64,000 nucleotides of DNA from Candidatus Marinacidobacterium sp. (GCA_965220965.1 OZ244852.1:1536001-1600000), one strand, 5' to 3'. Positions 1-9,414 are shown, counted from the first letter of the stretch. The notes: generated by a model not told the origin, from the letters alone. Program-made: numbers and translations.

Positions 1-80
1 AGCGCCGGAAGCGAGAGGCCGTCGTGGGCCCGGCGGCGGTTCCGGCGGCCGCGCGAGTGGCGGCGTTTGGGCTGGGGCAT
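1..80 (-). CDS. rpmF: 50S ribosomal protein L32, 5' part (runs off the window start)
   Basis: Not in the ORF track. Read manually from ATG at 80: MPQPKRRHSRGRRNRRRAHDGLSLPA, a typical L32 N-terminus. AAGGAG RBS upstream. Lies directly downstream of yceD, the conserved gene order. Confidence 0.92.
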   Translation of the reverse strand, partial: MPQPKRRHSRGRRNRRRAHDGLSLPA

Positions 81-189
81 GGCGGGGTTCGGCTCCTTGC
101 GTCGGAGGGAGGGTTCAGGGTGGGCGCCCGGTCCGGTCGTCGGCTCCGGCGGGGCCGGGCGTTCGCGCGGATCTTCGGCGGGTCGTCCG

Positions 190-798
190 TCAGTGGCGGG
201 ACCGGCCCGCTGCGGTGAGCGCCCGGAGGCCGGCGAGCGGCCCGTCGAGCTTCGGGGAGGAGCGCCCGGCGCAGTCGCAGGCGCTCCGGTTCCGGTCCGC
301 CCCGCAGTCGGGGCAGAGGCCGGCGCAGTCCGCGGCGCACAGCGGCTTCACCGGAAGCGCCAGGTGGAGCTGCTCCCAGATCGCGCCGCGGAGGTCGAGG
401 CGGTCCTCATTGTAGAAGGAGACGTTCATGTCCGAGGCTTCGAGCGCCTGCTCGCCGCCCTCGGCGGCGTCGGAGTTCCCGGCGGCCATCTCGCTCGCCG
501 GCAGCCACACGAGGTCAACGCCGTCGTCCACCCGGAGCCCCACATCCCCGAGGCACCGGACGCACTCGAGCCGGAGCTCCCCGGCGAGGCGCGCCCGCAG
601 GCGGAAGCCGCCGGACTCGAGCCGGTCGAGGCGACCGTTCAGACCGAGGACGGAAACGATCCCGAATCCGGGTTCCGGGTAGCCCGCCTCCCGGAAGCCG
701 AGATCAGCTTTCGAGGCGCGGATCGCGATCCGCGCGCCGCGCGAGCCCACCGCCGGCAGGTGCACCGAGAGAGCGGCGGGGTCGTGGGGCTGGGGCAT
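190..798 (-). CDS. yceD: YceD/DUF177 family protein
   Basis: CxRC motif, LALPVKPLCAADCAGLCPDCG and C-terminal LAGL; adjacent to rpmF. Confidence 0.9.
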   Translation of the reverse strand: MPQPHDPAALSVHLPAVGSRGARIAIRASKADLGFREAGYPEPGFGIVSVLGLNGRLDRLESGGFRLRARLAGELRLECVRCLGDVGLRVDDGVDLVWLPASEMAAGNSDAAEGGEQALEASDMNVSFYNEDRLDLRGAIWEQLHLALPVKPLCAADCAGLCPDCGADRNRSACDCAGRSSPKLDGPLAGLRALTAAGRSRH

Positions 799-889
799 CG
801 GACAATTCCGCGGATTTTATCCGTTCCCGGGGCCCCCCCACGCGGCGCGCGCGGGGCCCCGGCGGCGTCCGCCTCATAGAATCGGAAGC

Positions 890-1858
890 ATGCGCGCCAC
901 GGCTTTCATCCTCCTCCTGATCCCATCGGCTCTCCTCACCGCGTGCGCTCCCGCGCCGCCGGCGGAGCCGGTCGAAAAGCCCCCCTGGGAGTGGACCGAG
1001 GCCGAGTGGCGCGCTCCGGTGGAGGCGGTCCGCGCCGGCCGCCGGCTGGCCCCCTCGAGCTGGCCGGGCGGCGCCCGGGTCGCGGTGGCGCTCTCGTTCG
1101 ACTTCGACAATGAGACCGTCTCGTTGCGGGACAACCAGACGACCGCCTCGAACCTGTCAAGAGGCCAGTACGGCTCGCGGGCGGGCCTCCCCCGGGTGCT
1201 CGACCTGCTCGAGCGGCACGAGATCCCGTCCTCGTTCTTCATCCCGGCGGTCAGCGCGCTGCTCTACCCCGATGACGTGGCCGACATCGTCGCCGGCGGG
1301 CACGAGATCGGCGTCCACGGCTGGATCCACGAGCGCAACTCGCAGATCCCCGGGGATGTGGAGCGCCGCCTCATCGAGCGGGCGGTCGAGACCCTCACCG
1401 AGATGACCGGGACCCGGCCGGTGGGGCTCCGCACGCCGTCGTGGGACTACAGCCCGAGCACGCTCCAGATCGTGCGGGACCTGGGATTCCTCTACGACTC
1501 GAGCCTGATGGCCGACGACTGGCCCTACGAGATCGTCGCCCACGGCGAGCCGACGGGCGTCGTGGAGCTTCCGGTGGAGTGGATCCTCGACGACGCTCCC
1601 TACTTCGGGTTCAGCCGCTACACGGCGATCCGTCCGCACTCGACGCCCGACGACGTGCTCTCGATCTGGAAGGCCGAGTTCGACATGGCGCACGCCGAAG
1701 GCGGCATGTTCCTGCTCACGATGCATCCCCACGTGATCGGGCACCGGTCCCGGATCGCGATGCTGGAGCGGCTCGTCGAACACATGAACGCCACCGGCGG
1801 CGTCTGGTACGCGACCCACGAACAGGTCGCCCGCTACGCCCTCGAAAACGCCGAATAG
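890..1858 (+). CDS. Polysaccharide deacetylase (NodB/CE4, PuuE/PgdA-like), lipoprotein
   Basis: Lipobox LTAC; motifs SFDFD, HEIGVHGWIH, RTP, YDSS, LTMHPHVIG. Confidence 0.88.
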   Translation: MRATAFILLLIPSALLTACAPAPPAEPVEKPPWEWTEAEWRAPVEAVRAGRRLAPSSWPGGARVAVALSFDFDNETVSLRDNQTTASNLSRGQYGSRAGLPRVLDLLERHEIPSSFFIPAVSALLYPDDVADIVAGGHEIGVHGWIHERNSQIPGDVERRLIERAVETLTEMTGTRPVGLRTPSWDYSPSTLQIVRDLGFLYDSSLMADDWPYEIVAHGEPTGVVELPVEWILDDAPYFGFSRYTAIRPHSTPDDVLSIWKAEFDMAHAEGGMFLLTMHPHVIGHRSRIAMLERLVEHMNATGGVWYATHEQVARYALENAE

Positions 1859-1931
1859 GGACCGCGAGGTCCCGCCAGGCGCCCGGACCAAGCGGCCCGC
1901 GGCGCACACCACGACACGGATGGAGGACCCC

Positions 1932-3317
1932 ATGAAGGCACGTTCCCGAACCCTGTGCTCAGCGGCCGCGATCGCGGCGCTTCTTGCAACCGCCGCCGGC
2001 GCCGCCGGGGAGTCCGACAGCGGCGTCGCGCCGGCCGAGGAGTCTTCCAGCGGCGTTGCGCCCGCCGAGGAGTCCCCGAACGGCGTCGCGCCCGCCGTAG
2101 CGCTCGAGGCCGAGATCCGGGGCGAGCTCGCATCGCTCCGCGACCGGATCGAGCACCTCGAGGTCCTGCTCGGCGAGCTCACCGCAATGCGCCAGGGTGG
2201 AGCCCCGGCGGCGACGGCTGCCAGCGATGTCCCCGCCCCGGTGGAAAGCGCGTCCAGCGCCGCGGTCCAGGAGATGCCCGAGGGTCTCGCCAGCACCGGC
2301 GGGCCGCCGCTCGCCATCACCGGCCTGGTGGACACCTACTACACCCACAACACGAACGCGCCCGAGGACGGGACGAACACGCTCTACTACACGAACCCGC
2401 ACGCGCGCGGCTTCGGCGTGAACCAGTTGAAGCTGGAGCTCGAGACCACCGGCGCGGGGCCGTTCGGATTCCGGTCGGATCTGTGGTTCGGCTCGGGCGC
2501 GCGGCTCTTCCGCGAAGGACTCGAGCCCGGACCGCTCGCCGATCTGCTCTACGTGCAGCAGGCGTACGGCTACTACCGGTTCGGGAACGGCGCGCAGGTC
2601 GATGTGGGCGCGTTCGGGACGATCGCCGGGCTCGAGGTCGCCGAATCGCACGGCAACTGGAACTACTCCCGGGGCATCCTGTGGGCCTGGAACGAGCCGT
2701 TCTCCCACGTCGGAACGAGGCTGAGCGCCCCGCTGACGGACACCCTCACCGGGACGGTGATGCTCGTGAACGGCTTCGACAACGCCTTCGACCAGAACTC
2801 CGGCAAGTCCTACGGGCTCCAGGGCGCGTGGGCGCCGAGCGACCGGGGGAGCACGGTCCTCACCTGGATCCACGGACCCGAAAACGCCGGCACGAACGAC
2901 GGCTGGCTCCGCGACCTGAGCTGGAACGCGTCCTACCAGTTCAGCGACCGCTTCGAGGCGATGGCGAACATGGACCTCATCTCGGCGACCGACCCCCAGG
3001 GCGTGACCGCGATGTCGTGGGGGATGGGGGGTTACCTGCGGTTCCACCTGAGCGACCGGGTGCGGATCGCCCAGCGCTACGAGTTCCTCGACGACCAGGA
3101 GGGCCGCTCCACCGGCGTCTCCCAGACGCTCATGGAGAACACCCTCACCCTCGAGTTCCAGCCGGTGCTCGACGACCCGAGGTTCCTGACCCGGCTGGAG
3201 TACCGCCGCGACTGGTCGGACGCCGCCTTCTTCAGTTGCTCCACCTGCTCGGACGGCGTCTCGACCAGCCAGAACACCTTCACCATCGGGATGTCCTGGG
3301 TCTTCGGCCCGAGGTAG
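1932..3317 (+). CDS. Outer-membrane beta-barrel porin (BBP2-like) with N-terminal coiled coil
   Basis: Signal peptide, coiled coil, GLVDTYY, NWNYSR, EPFSHVG and RLEYRRDWS beta-strand motifs. GGAGG RBS before ATG 1932. Confidence 0.75.
   Translation: MKARSRTLCSAAAIAALLATAAGAAGESDSGVAPAEESSSGVAPAEESPNGVAPAVALEAEIRGELASLRDRIEHLEVLLGELTAMRQGGAPAATAASDVPAPVESASSAAVQEMPEGLASTGGPPLAITGLVDTYYTHNTNAPEDGTNTLYYTNPHARGFGVNQLKLELETTGAGPFGFRSDLWFGSGARLFREGLEPGPLADLLYVQQAYGYYRFGNGAQVDVGAFGTIAGLEVAESHGNWNYSRGILWAWNEPFSHVGTRLSAPLTDTLTGTVMLVNGFDNAFDQNSGKSYGLQGAWAPSDRGSTVLTWIHGPENAGTNDGWLRDLSWNASYQFSDRFEAMANMDLISATDPQGVTAMSWGMGGYLRFHLSDRVRIAQRYEFLDDQEGRSTGVSQTLMENTLTLEFQPVLDDPRFLTRLEYRRDWSDAAFFSCSTCSDGVSTSQNTFTIGMSWVFGPR
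2010..2099 (+). repeat. 3 x 30-bp imperfect in-frame tandem repeat (ESxSGVAPAE) in the porin N-terminus
   Basis: Units at 2010, 2040 and 2070: gagtccgacagcggcgtcgcgccggccgag / gagtcttccagcggcgttgcgcccgccgag / gagtccccgaacggcgtcgcgcccgccgta. Confidence 0.9.
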
Positions 3318-3331
3318 GGTCGGGGGATCCC

Positions 3332-4765
3332 ATGAAGTTCGGGTTCCGCAACATCCCGCCGATCCGCGAGGCGGAGCTCGAGCTGGGCGATCTCACGATC
3401 ATTGCGGGCAAGAACAACTCGGGGAAGACCTATCTCGCGTACGCGCTCTACGGGTTCCTGAAGGGTTGCCGGGCCTGGCCGGCGGAACGCCGGCGCGAGG
3501 AGATCTCGGTTCCAGCCTGGTCGGCGGAGGGCGCCCGGCCTGAGGACCCGCCACCCGACTGGGCCCGGATCGTTGACGAACTGCGGCGAACCGGCCGCAT
3601 GGGTCTCAAGGTTTCTCCCGCCGCGCTGCGGGAGCACCGGGACCATGTCGTGAAGATCCTGGCGCGGGACTTCGTCCGCGAGCAGCTTCCCGGCGTGTTT
3701 CGGGTGGCTCAGGAGGAGTTCGCCGACGCGGAAATCCGTTTCTCCAACGAGCGAAGCGATTTCGTCGGGGGCGCCGAAGCCCGTTACGCGCCGAACGCCC
3801 GGATGACCATCGAATACGACGGGACCACCCTTGAGATCAACGCCCACGGAAGCAGTCGAGAGCGCATCGAGACTCCCCGCTGGCTCACCAACGCGCTGGC
3901 GCGGGCCTATGTCCTGTTCCTGTTCTCTGACGTGCCGGAACCCTTCGTCCTGACCGGTGAGCGGCTTGGCATCCCGCTCTTCTACCGGGAGCTCGACTTC
4001 ACCCGAAGCAAGCTCGTCGAGCTTCTTCAGGAGCACACCGGAGAGTCTGGCCGGGACGATCTGGAGTTTCCCTATCTGGTCATCGACAAGGCGTCGAACC
4101 GCTACGCGCTTCCCATCAGCGACAACATTTCGTACACACGAGAGCTGCCCGACCGTAACGGCGGAAAGGGACTCGCGGAGGAGTGGGTTGGCGATGAGCT
4201 GTCGGCCGTGGTGGACGGCGAGTTCGTGTCGCGGGGCGGGGAAGTGCGGTATCGCTCGGTGGAGGGCGCGTCGGAGAAGTTCGACATCCCGCTCCACCGG
4301 GCTTCGTCCTCGGCGCGCGCCCTCATGCCCCTCGACTTCTTCCTCCGGCATGACGCCCACAAGGGCCAGCTCCTCATCGTGGACGAGCCGGAGAGCCACC
4401 TCGACGTGTACAACCAGGTGGCGCTCGCCCGCCTTCTGGCGAAGACCGCCAGGGCCGGCGTCCGCGTCCTGGTGACAACGCACAGCGACTATTTCGTCAA
4501 GGAAATCAACAACTTGATCATGGCTTCGCACTTCGGACCGGAGAGTCCGGTGGTGCGCAAGCAGGGTTACGAGGGACAGGCGCGACTGCCGGCCTCGTCC
4601 GTGCGGGCCTACATGACCCGCGAAGGCGTGCTGGAACGGTGCGCCGTGGACGAGTACGGCATCGATGTCCCCATCTTCGAGGAGGCCATTCGCAAGATCG
4701 ACCGGCGCTCCCGAGGGCTGGCCGCCGAGTTGTATGAGTCCCTTCGCGAAGCAGACAAGCAGTAG
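3332..4765 (+). CDS. ABC-type ATPase (AAA_15/AAA_21-like), putative defence component
   Basis: True start MKFGFRNIPPI at 3332, inside the track ORF 1955..4765. Walker A GKNNSGKT, signature-like ASSS, Walker B LLIVDEPESHL, H-loop TTHS. Confidence 0.85.
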   Translation: MKFGFRNIPPIREAELELGDLTIIAGKNNSGKTYLAYALYGFLKGCRAWPAERRREEISVPAWSAEGARPEDPPPDWARIVDELRRTGRMGLKVSPAALREHRDHVVKILARDFVREQLPGVFRVAQEEFADAEIRFSNERSDFVGGAEARYAPNARMTIEYDGTTLEINAHGSSRERIETPRWLTNALARAYVLFLFSDVPEPFVLTGERLGIPLFYRELDFTRSKLVELLQEHTGESGRDDLEFPYLVIDKASNRYALPISDNISYTRELPDRNGGKGLAEEWVGDELSAVVDGEFVSRGGEVRYRSVEGASEKFDIPLHRASSSARALMPLDFFLRHDAHKGQLLIVDEPESHLDVYNQVALARLLAKTARAGVRVLVTTHSDYFVKEINNLIMASHFGPESPVVRKQGYEGQARLPASSVRAYMTREGVLERCAVDEYGIDVPIFEEAIRKIDRRSRGLAAELYESLREADKQ

Positions 4766-5348
4766 TTGGCGGGACGTCCTCGCCGAGTGCCTGGATCCGG
4801 CCGGACTCGTTGACTGCGCCGGGCCACGCTGCCGTCTCAGGGGCTCCAGGGGGACAGAACTCACGATCACCGGCTGGCGGCCCGAATTCGCTGCCGTCCG
4901 CATTCGCGGCGAGAAGGGTTCGGCGGGGGTCGGTCACCTGCCCGGTGTGGAGTCCCGTTCCGGACTCCTCAGGAGCGCGGACTACATCCTGTTCGCGCAG
5001 GTCGAGAACATCCCGTACGCCGTTGTCGTAGAGTTGAAGAAGAGTCTCCGCCCGGGAGACGAGAGGGCCCACGAGCAGGTCTACAGGACGAGACCCATGG
5101 CGGCGTATCTCTCCCGGATGGCGAGAGATAGCGGAGTCTCCGGGCCGCAGCCCGAGCTACGGCATGTCGTCGTCGCGGCGCAACCCGGCCAACTCCTGCG
5201 AAGACCGATCGCTCGCACGGCGCCCCTGGCGCTCGTGTACGAGTGGCGACTGGGTCAGGTCCGTGGATTCCACTTCCTGGCGGAGCAGCTTCCCATCGAG
5301 GCCCTGGTAGCAGATCCATCCGAAACGTCCCAAGGAGATCCGACATGA
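4734..5348 (+). CDS. Hypothetical protein with PD-(D/E)xK-like nuclease motif
   Basis: ADYILF...VVVELKK followed by a helix with AHEQV. Overlaps the ATPase 3' end. Start uncertain. Confidence 0.6.
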   Translation: MSPFAKQTSSSWRDVLAECLDPAGLVDCAGPRCRLRGSRGTELTITGWRPEFAAVRIRGEKGSAGVGHLPGVESRSGLLRSADYILFAQVENIPYAVVVELKKSLRPGDERAHEQVYRTRPMAAYLSRMARDSGVSGPQPELRHVVVAAQPGQLLRRPIARTAPLALVYEWRLGQVRGFHFLAEQLPIEALVADPSETSQGDPT

Positions 5349-5590
5349 AGCCCGAGACCCGGCGTGGAGCCAGCAAGACGACCCGATCCGACGGCTCCTC
5401 CACATCCGCACCCGAGACCCCGAGCCCCGTCAAGAGAGACGGACCGGACCGCAGCCCCGAAGCCGGTTACGAACAACGCCTCCGCGAGATCCGCGCCATC
5501 GCGGACCGCTGCGCCGAGCTGATGGGACCGGGCCCCTCCGCGGTGGAGCACGGCGACCTGCTCTACGACGACAAGGGCCTCCCTCGGTAA
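5345..5590 (+). CDS. Orphan VapB-like (Rv0623/PSK_trans_fac-type) antitoxin remnant
   Basis: C-terminus HGDLLYDDKGLPR matches that family's tail. ATGA overlap with the upstream gene. The N-terminal DNA-binding part is not recognisable. Confidence 0.55.
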   Translation: MKPETRRGASKTTRSDGSSTSAPETPSPVKRDGPDRSPEAGYEQRLREIRAIADRCAELMGPGPSAVEHGDLLYDDKGLPR

Positions 5591-5686
5591 TCCCCGCCGA
5601 GAGCCCTCGGCGGCGGCGGCCCTCCGTGACGGTCCAGTCGTGGCGGGCTCTCGGAACTCTGGGGCGAACCTTTCCTGCCGCTGACG

Positions 5687-6526
5687 TCAGTCCTCGCCCA
5701 GCTCCAGGCCCGCGCGCATGGCCGCTCTCACGACAACACCGCGTTGTCCGGACACGCAGAAGCTGCTTGAATGGAACACGTCGTGATTGAAGCGATCCAC
5801 AAATGAGGCGCTTACGGGAAATCGCCTCGCTTGCGCACCTTGCCGTTCGCCGGACCATCGAATCACAGCATTGCTCGCAATCGCGAGTACAAGATTGGGG
5901 ATCGCGTCCCTGCGCACGCCGCCATACGGTTGCTTGACGACGGGAGTCGTCCCCGACAGGAACTGGCCACTCACCCTTCGGGACAGCCCATAGAAGAGAC
6001 CCCGACTCTCCATGTCCGGCATGAGCTTCTCCTCAATAGATCCAACGACACGGACACGAGCGTTGTCAAGCGCCCTCTTCTCCGATTGGGCGAGCTGCTC
6101 GCGCTCGCTCCCTGCGCCGGCCATTGCTTCGCAATGCATCTGGGTTTCTATTCCGTCCAGCACATCACTGCGGAGGAACTGCGTCACCGCGAATTCATCC
6201 AGAAGACTGCGGTCATTCTCGCTCAGGTCCACACACCCTTGGTTGGAGAGCGCCGCTTTCCGATTCCGAGACAACACGGGCGCGACCCTGCCCTCGAGAT
6301 GACTCAGTACGTTCTCCGTGGAAGGATCGACTGAACCGTCGTGCCGGCGTATTGAATAGGCATTCTTGGCGACGAGCGCTTTCCGAACTGTTGTTCTGAA
6401 CAGGCGCCCTCGTCGTTCAGATGTCCTGCTCACACACCAGAGTTGCTGTTCGTCATCCGCAAAGTGCCGCAAGAGACACTGCGGCACTCGATGGTGACGT
6501 CTGGAGGGCTTGCTTCTTGGCGCCAA
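5687..6526 (-). CDS. DUF4238 domain protein
   Basis: N-terminal RRHHRVPQCLLRHF, NAYS, E..LS.LE and F...QFLR. Visibly lower GC than its flanks. Confidence 0.75.
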   Translation of the reverse strand: MAPRSKPSRRHHRVPQCLLRHFADDEQQLWCVSRTSERRGRLFRTTVRKALVAKNAYSIRRHDGSVDPSTENVLSHLEGRVAPVLSRNRKAALSNQGCVDLSENDRSLLDEFAVTQFLRSDVLDGIETQMHCEAMAGAGSEREQLAQSEKRALDNARVRVVGSIEEKLMPDMESRGLFYGLSRRVSGQFLSGTTPVVKQPYGGVRRDAIPNLVLAIASNAVIRWSGERQGAQARRFPVSASFVDRFNHDVFHSSSFCVSGQRGVVVRAAMRAGLELGED

Positions 6527-6550
6527 GATTGAGCGGCAGACGGTTTGGGT

Positions 6551-7267
6551 TCAGCCGGGCGACGTAGCCTCTTCCACGAATCGACGGATCGCCGAAGCAA
6601 CATCATCCGCCGCGGCGCCAGCCACGCGACCGGACGCCGCAAGGAGCCGCTTCGGGATTCGGAAGCCGTGGTCGGCGTCCTCGATCCACACTATCCGGCC
6701 GCCAGCGGACGCGACCGTGGCCTCCATGAAGTCACGCGGGGCGAAGGGATCCCGACCGCCACTCACGAACAGCGTGGGCACGGGAATCCGGGCGAGGTGC
6801 TCCGTCCGGGCGAGCGGGACTTCGCGCCGACCCGGTGGCCGGAGCGGATAGGCGAGGAATACGCCGCCGGCCACCCGGGGCATTGACGCCCGGTCCAGGT
6901 CGGCGAGGAAGAGGGAAGCCATCCGCCCCCCGAAGGATCGGCCACCGACAAAGAGCGGTCCCGGATAGCGCTCCGCCGTCCAGGCGGCGACGGCGCTGAC
7001 CGCCCGGATGGCAGTCGTCGGATGGTCGGGCCGCCTTCGGCCCGCTTCCGCTGCGGGGAGGTTGAACCGCAGGGCGCGGAATCCACGCCCGGCCAGGCGG
7101 CCGGCGAGCTGGACCAGGCCCGGAGTGTCGAGCGTCCCCGAGGCGCCGTGGGTCAGGGCGACCGTGGGGGTGTCGGGACCCGCGCCTTCGGGCTCGTGAA
7201 CCCGGGCCGTCAGTTCCCCGGAGCGGCCGTCGGGAAGCCGGAAGTTGGTCGGAGGGAGGTCCGTCAT
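6551..7267 (-). CDS. Alpha/beta hydrolase (KANL3/Tex30-like)
   Basis: HGA, GGRSFGGR nucleophile elbow, YPL.PPG, G.RDPF, DADHGF. Confidence 0.85.
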   Translation of the reverse strand: MTDLPPTNFRLPDGRSGELTARVHEPEGAGPDTPTVALTHGASGTLDTPGLVQLAGRLAGRGFRALRFNLPAAEAGRRRPDHPTTAIRAVSAVAAWTAERYPGPLFVGGRSFGGRMASLFLADLDRASMPRVAGGVFLAYPLRPPGRREVPLARTEHLARIPVPTLFVSGGRDPFAPRDFMEATVASAGGRIVWIEDADHGFRIPKRLLAASGRVAGAAADDVASAIRRFVEEATSPG

Positions 7268-8226
7268 TGGGGAGGGGTGAAGCCGAGGATGCGCTTGCCC
7301 AGCGCGGATGCCACGAGGGCGACGGCGAGCTCGGCGGTCTGGTTCCGGAGATCGTGGATCGGGTTCACCTCGGCGATCTCGAGCGAGCGGAGGCCGCCGC
7401 TGGCCGCCGCCCGCTCCATGATCGTGTGCCCTTCCCGGTAACTCAATCCACCGGGTTCAGGCGTTCCGGTCCCTGGCGCAACGGTGGGATCGAGCGCATC
7501 CATGTCGAAGCTCAGATGGAACCCGTCGGTCCCGTCGAGGACGCGGGCCAACGCTTCCTCGGCGACCGGGCCGATCCCCCGCAGGTCGACCTCCTCCATG
7601 GTGTAGACCCGGACGCCCAGATCAGCGACGACCTGCGCCTCCGCCGGATCCACGCTGCGGACGCCGATGAGAGCCACATGCTCCGGACCAACCCGCGCCG
7701 TCCCGGGCGCGAAGCCCCCGATGCGGGTGAGAGCCCCGGGGCCGCGCCCGAGGATCGCGGCGACCGGCATGCCGTGCAGGTTGCCGCTCGGGCTCGTCTC
7801 CGGAGTGTTCGCGTCGGCGTGGGCATCCACCCAGATCAGGCCGAGCCGCTCCGTCCGGCCACCCGCGCCCCGCGACGGATCCCCCGCCCCGGCCATCCCG
7901 GACACCGTTCCAAGCCCGATCGAGTGATCACCGCCCAGAACGAGCGGAAACCGCCCGCGGTCACGGAACCCGCGCACGCGAGCGGCTAGTTCATCAAGAA
8001 CGGGCGCCACCTGATCCAGATACCGCGCATCGGGCGCGCCGAACCCGTCCAGCGACTCGGCAACCGGACACACGAGGTTGCCGGCGTCCTCCAGCTCCCG
8101 TTCCAGGTCGCGGACCCGATCCGCGAGTCCCGCCCGCCGCAGAGCGGACGGCCCCATGTCCACCCCTCGGAGCCCGGCCCCCAGGTCCAGCGGAACCCCG
8201 AGCACGCTGACCGGCTGCCCCGACAT
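7264..8226 (-). CDS. rocF: Arginase
   Basis: GVDMGPSA, LGGDHS, DAHAD.NTP..SPSGNLHGMP, SFDMD, GTGTP. Confidence 0.92.
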   Translation of the reverse strand: MSGQPVSVLGVPLDLGAGLRGVDMGPSALRRAGLADRVRDLERELEDAGNLVCPVAESLDGFGAPDARYLDQVAPVLDELAARVRGFRDRGRFPLVLGGDHSIGLGTVSGMAGAGDPSRGAGGRTERLGLIWVDAHADANTPETSPSGNLHGMPVAAILGRGPGALTRIGGFAPGTARVGPEHVALIGVRSVDPAEAQVVADLGVRVYTMEEVDLRGIGPVAEEALARVLDGTDGFHLSFDMDALDPTVAPGTGTPEPGGLSYREGHTIMERAAASGGLRSLEIAEVNPIHDLRNQTAELAVALVASALGKRILGFTPPQ

Positions 8227-8336
8227 GGCTCGATCCTACTGCGGCTGGGAACCCCGGACGCATCGCCCGCAGCGTCACCATGTCGTTCTTCGCGCCGCCT
8301 CAGCCCGCAATCCTCCGCCACGCGGCGCGAGGCCGC

Positions 8337-8762
8337 TCACAGGAAAGGGAATCCTCCAGTCGTGGCCCGCACAGCCTGCACCGCCTGCTCGAGACTCCCC
8401 GCACCGGAAAGGCGTGAGCGACCCGGATGGCCAGCTTCCGTTCCCCCCACGAGGGCGAAGTGCACTCGGCCATCCGAACGGAAATCCATCCCGAGCCGCC
8501 CCACCGTCGCATCCAGCCATTCCACCATGAGCTGGCCATCTCCGTCGGCCACGATGCCGGGCGACTGGACTCGATAGCTCGTCAGAAACCGACACAGGGT
8601 CTCGACGGAGCCGAGGGAGATCTCGTCGTCGTCCGGGTCGTCGCGAAGCCTGCCCGCCAGATCCCGAATCCGCTCACCTACGCCGCCTGGCAGACCCGAG
8701 AAGCGTCCCAGAACCTCGTCGAGTGCGCTGTCGCTCGGCTCCTTGACGTTGGTCCAGACCAC
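8337..8762 (-). CDS. Hypothetical protein
   Basis: 141-aa ORF with globular composition (P.IV.DGDG.L.VEW). No family recognised. Confidence 0.5.
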   Translation of the reverse strand: MVWTNVKEPSDSALDEVLGRFSGLPGGVGERIRDLAGRLRDDPDDDEISLGSVETLCRFLTSYRVQSPGIVADGDGQLMVEWLDATVGRLGMDFRSDGRVHFALVGGTEAGHPGRSRLSGAGSLEQAVQAVRATTGGFPFL

Positions 8763-8841
8763 TTCGGTCTCGCTGTTGCCCGGTCAGCGTGGAAGCCGAG
8801 TCGAGGTCGTTCCGGCGCGTACTCCTTCGAGCTCGCGTCAA

Positions 8842-9414
8842 TCAGGAGGGAATTCGACCGCCCGCCCCATACACGCAGCCGCGAAGGTCCTGGATGATGG
8901 CCTTCTTGGCTTCCATCTTCCACCCTCTCCCGGACGGATGTCGAGCCCAGCAAACGTGACGGCCCTCGAAGCAGGGATGTGTGCTCAGATGTCCGCTGAG
9001 TCGCCTGCTGAGAACCAGGATCACTTCCGGACGGAGGTCCGCCATGACGTCACGAAAGGGCGCATCCGCTTCTCGCCAGTGCTGCGCCCGAGGGGCCACG
9101 CGGGGCCCATCTCCCATGAGGCTCTGGAAATAGTTGTAGAACGCAACATCGCCCCAGACGTCAGAGCGAGACGCTCCATCTAATTCCCTGCGATCCGCGA
9201 TCCCGAGCATTAGCATCGAAGCTCCGGTAAAGAAGCGATGTAGTCGTGACCGATACTTCTGGACGACGTCGCTCGTCGTGAAGTTGGAATCAGTTCCATA
9301 ATGAGACTCCCCGAGCACTAGGAGTCGTATTCCGAAGCGGCTCTGGCGGCCATACCGCTCGCCGCGCCAGGGCGGGAATGGGACGTGGGTTCGAGTGTTT
9401 TGGTCAGTGGACAA
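8842..9414 (-). CDS. Uracil-DNA glycosylase superfamily-like protein
   Basis: LLVLGESHY, FYNY, PEVILVL and HPS motifs. GGAGG RBS. Lower GC. Confidence 0.65.
   Translation of the reverse strand: MSTDQNTRTHVPFPPWRGERYGRQSRFGIRLLVLGESHYGTDSNFTTSDVVQKYRSRLHRFFTGASMLMLGIADRRELDGASRSDVWGDVAFYNYFQSLMGDGPRVAPRAQHWREADAPFRDVMADLRPEVILVLSRRLSGHLSTHPCFEGRHVCWARHPSGRGWKMEAKKAIIQDLRGCVYGAGGRIPS

Noticed and set aside
1955-3331. Apparent 936-aa ATPase with a long N-terminal extension
   Set aside because: The extension is an off-frame shadow of the porin gene; the ATPase begins at ATG 3332.
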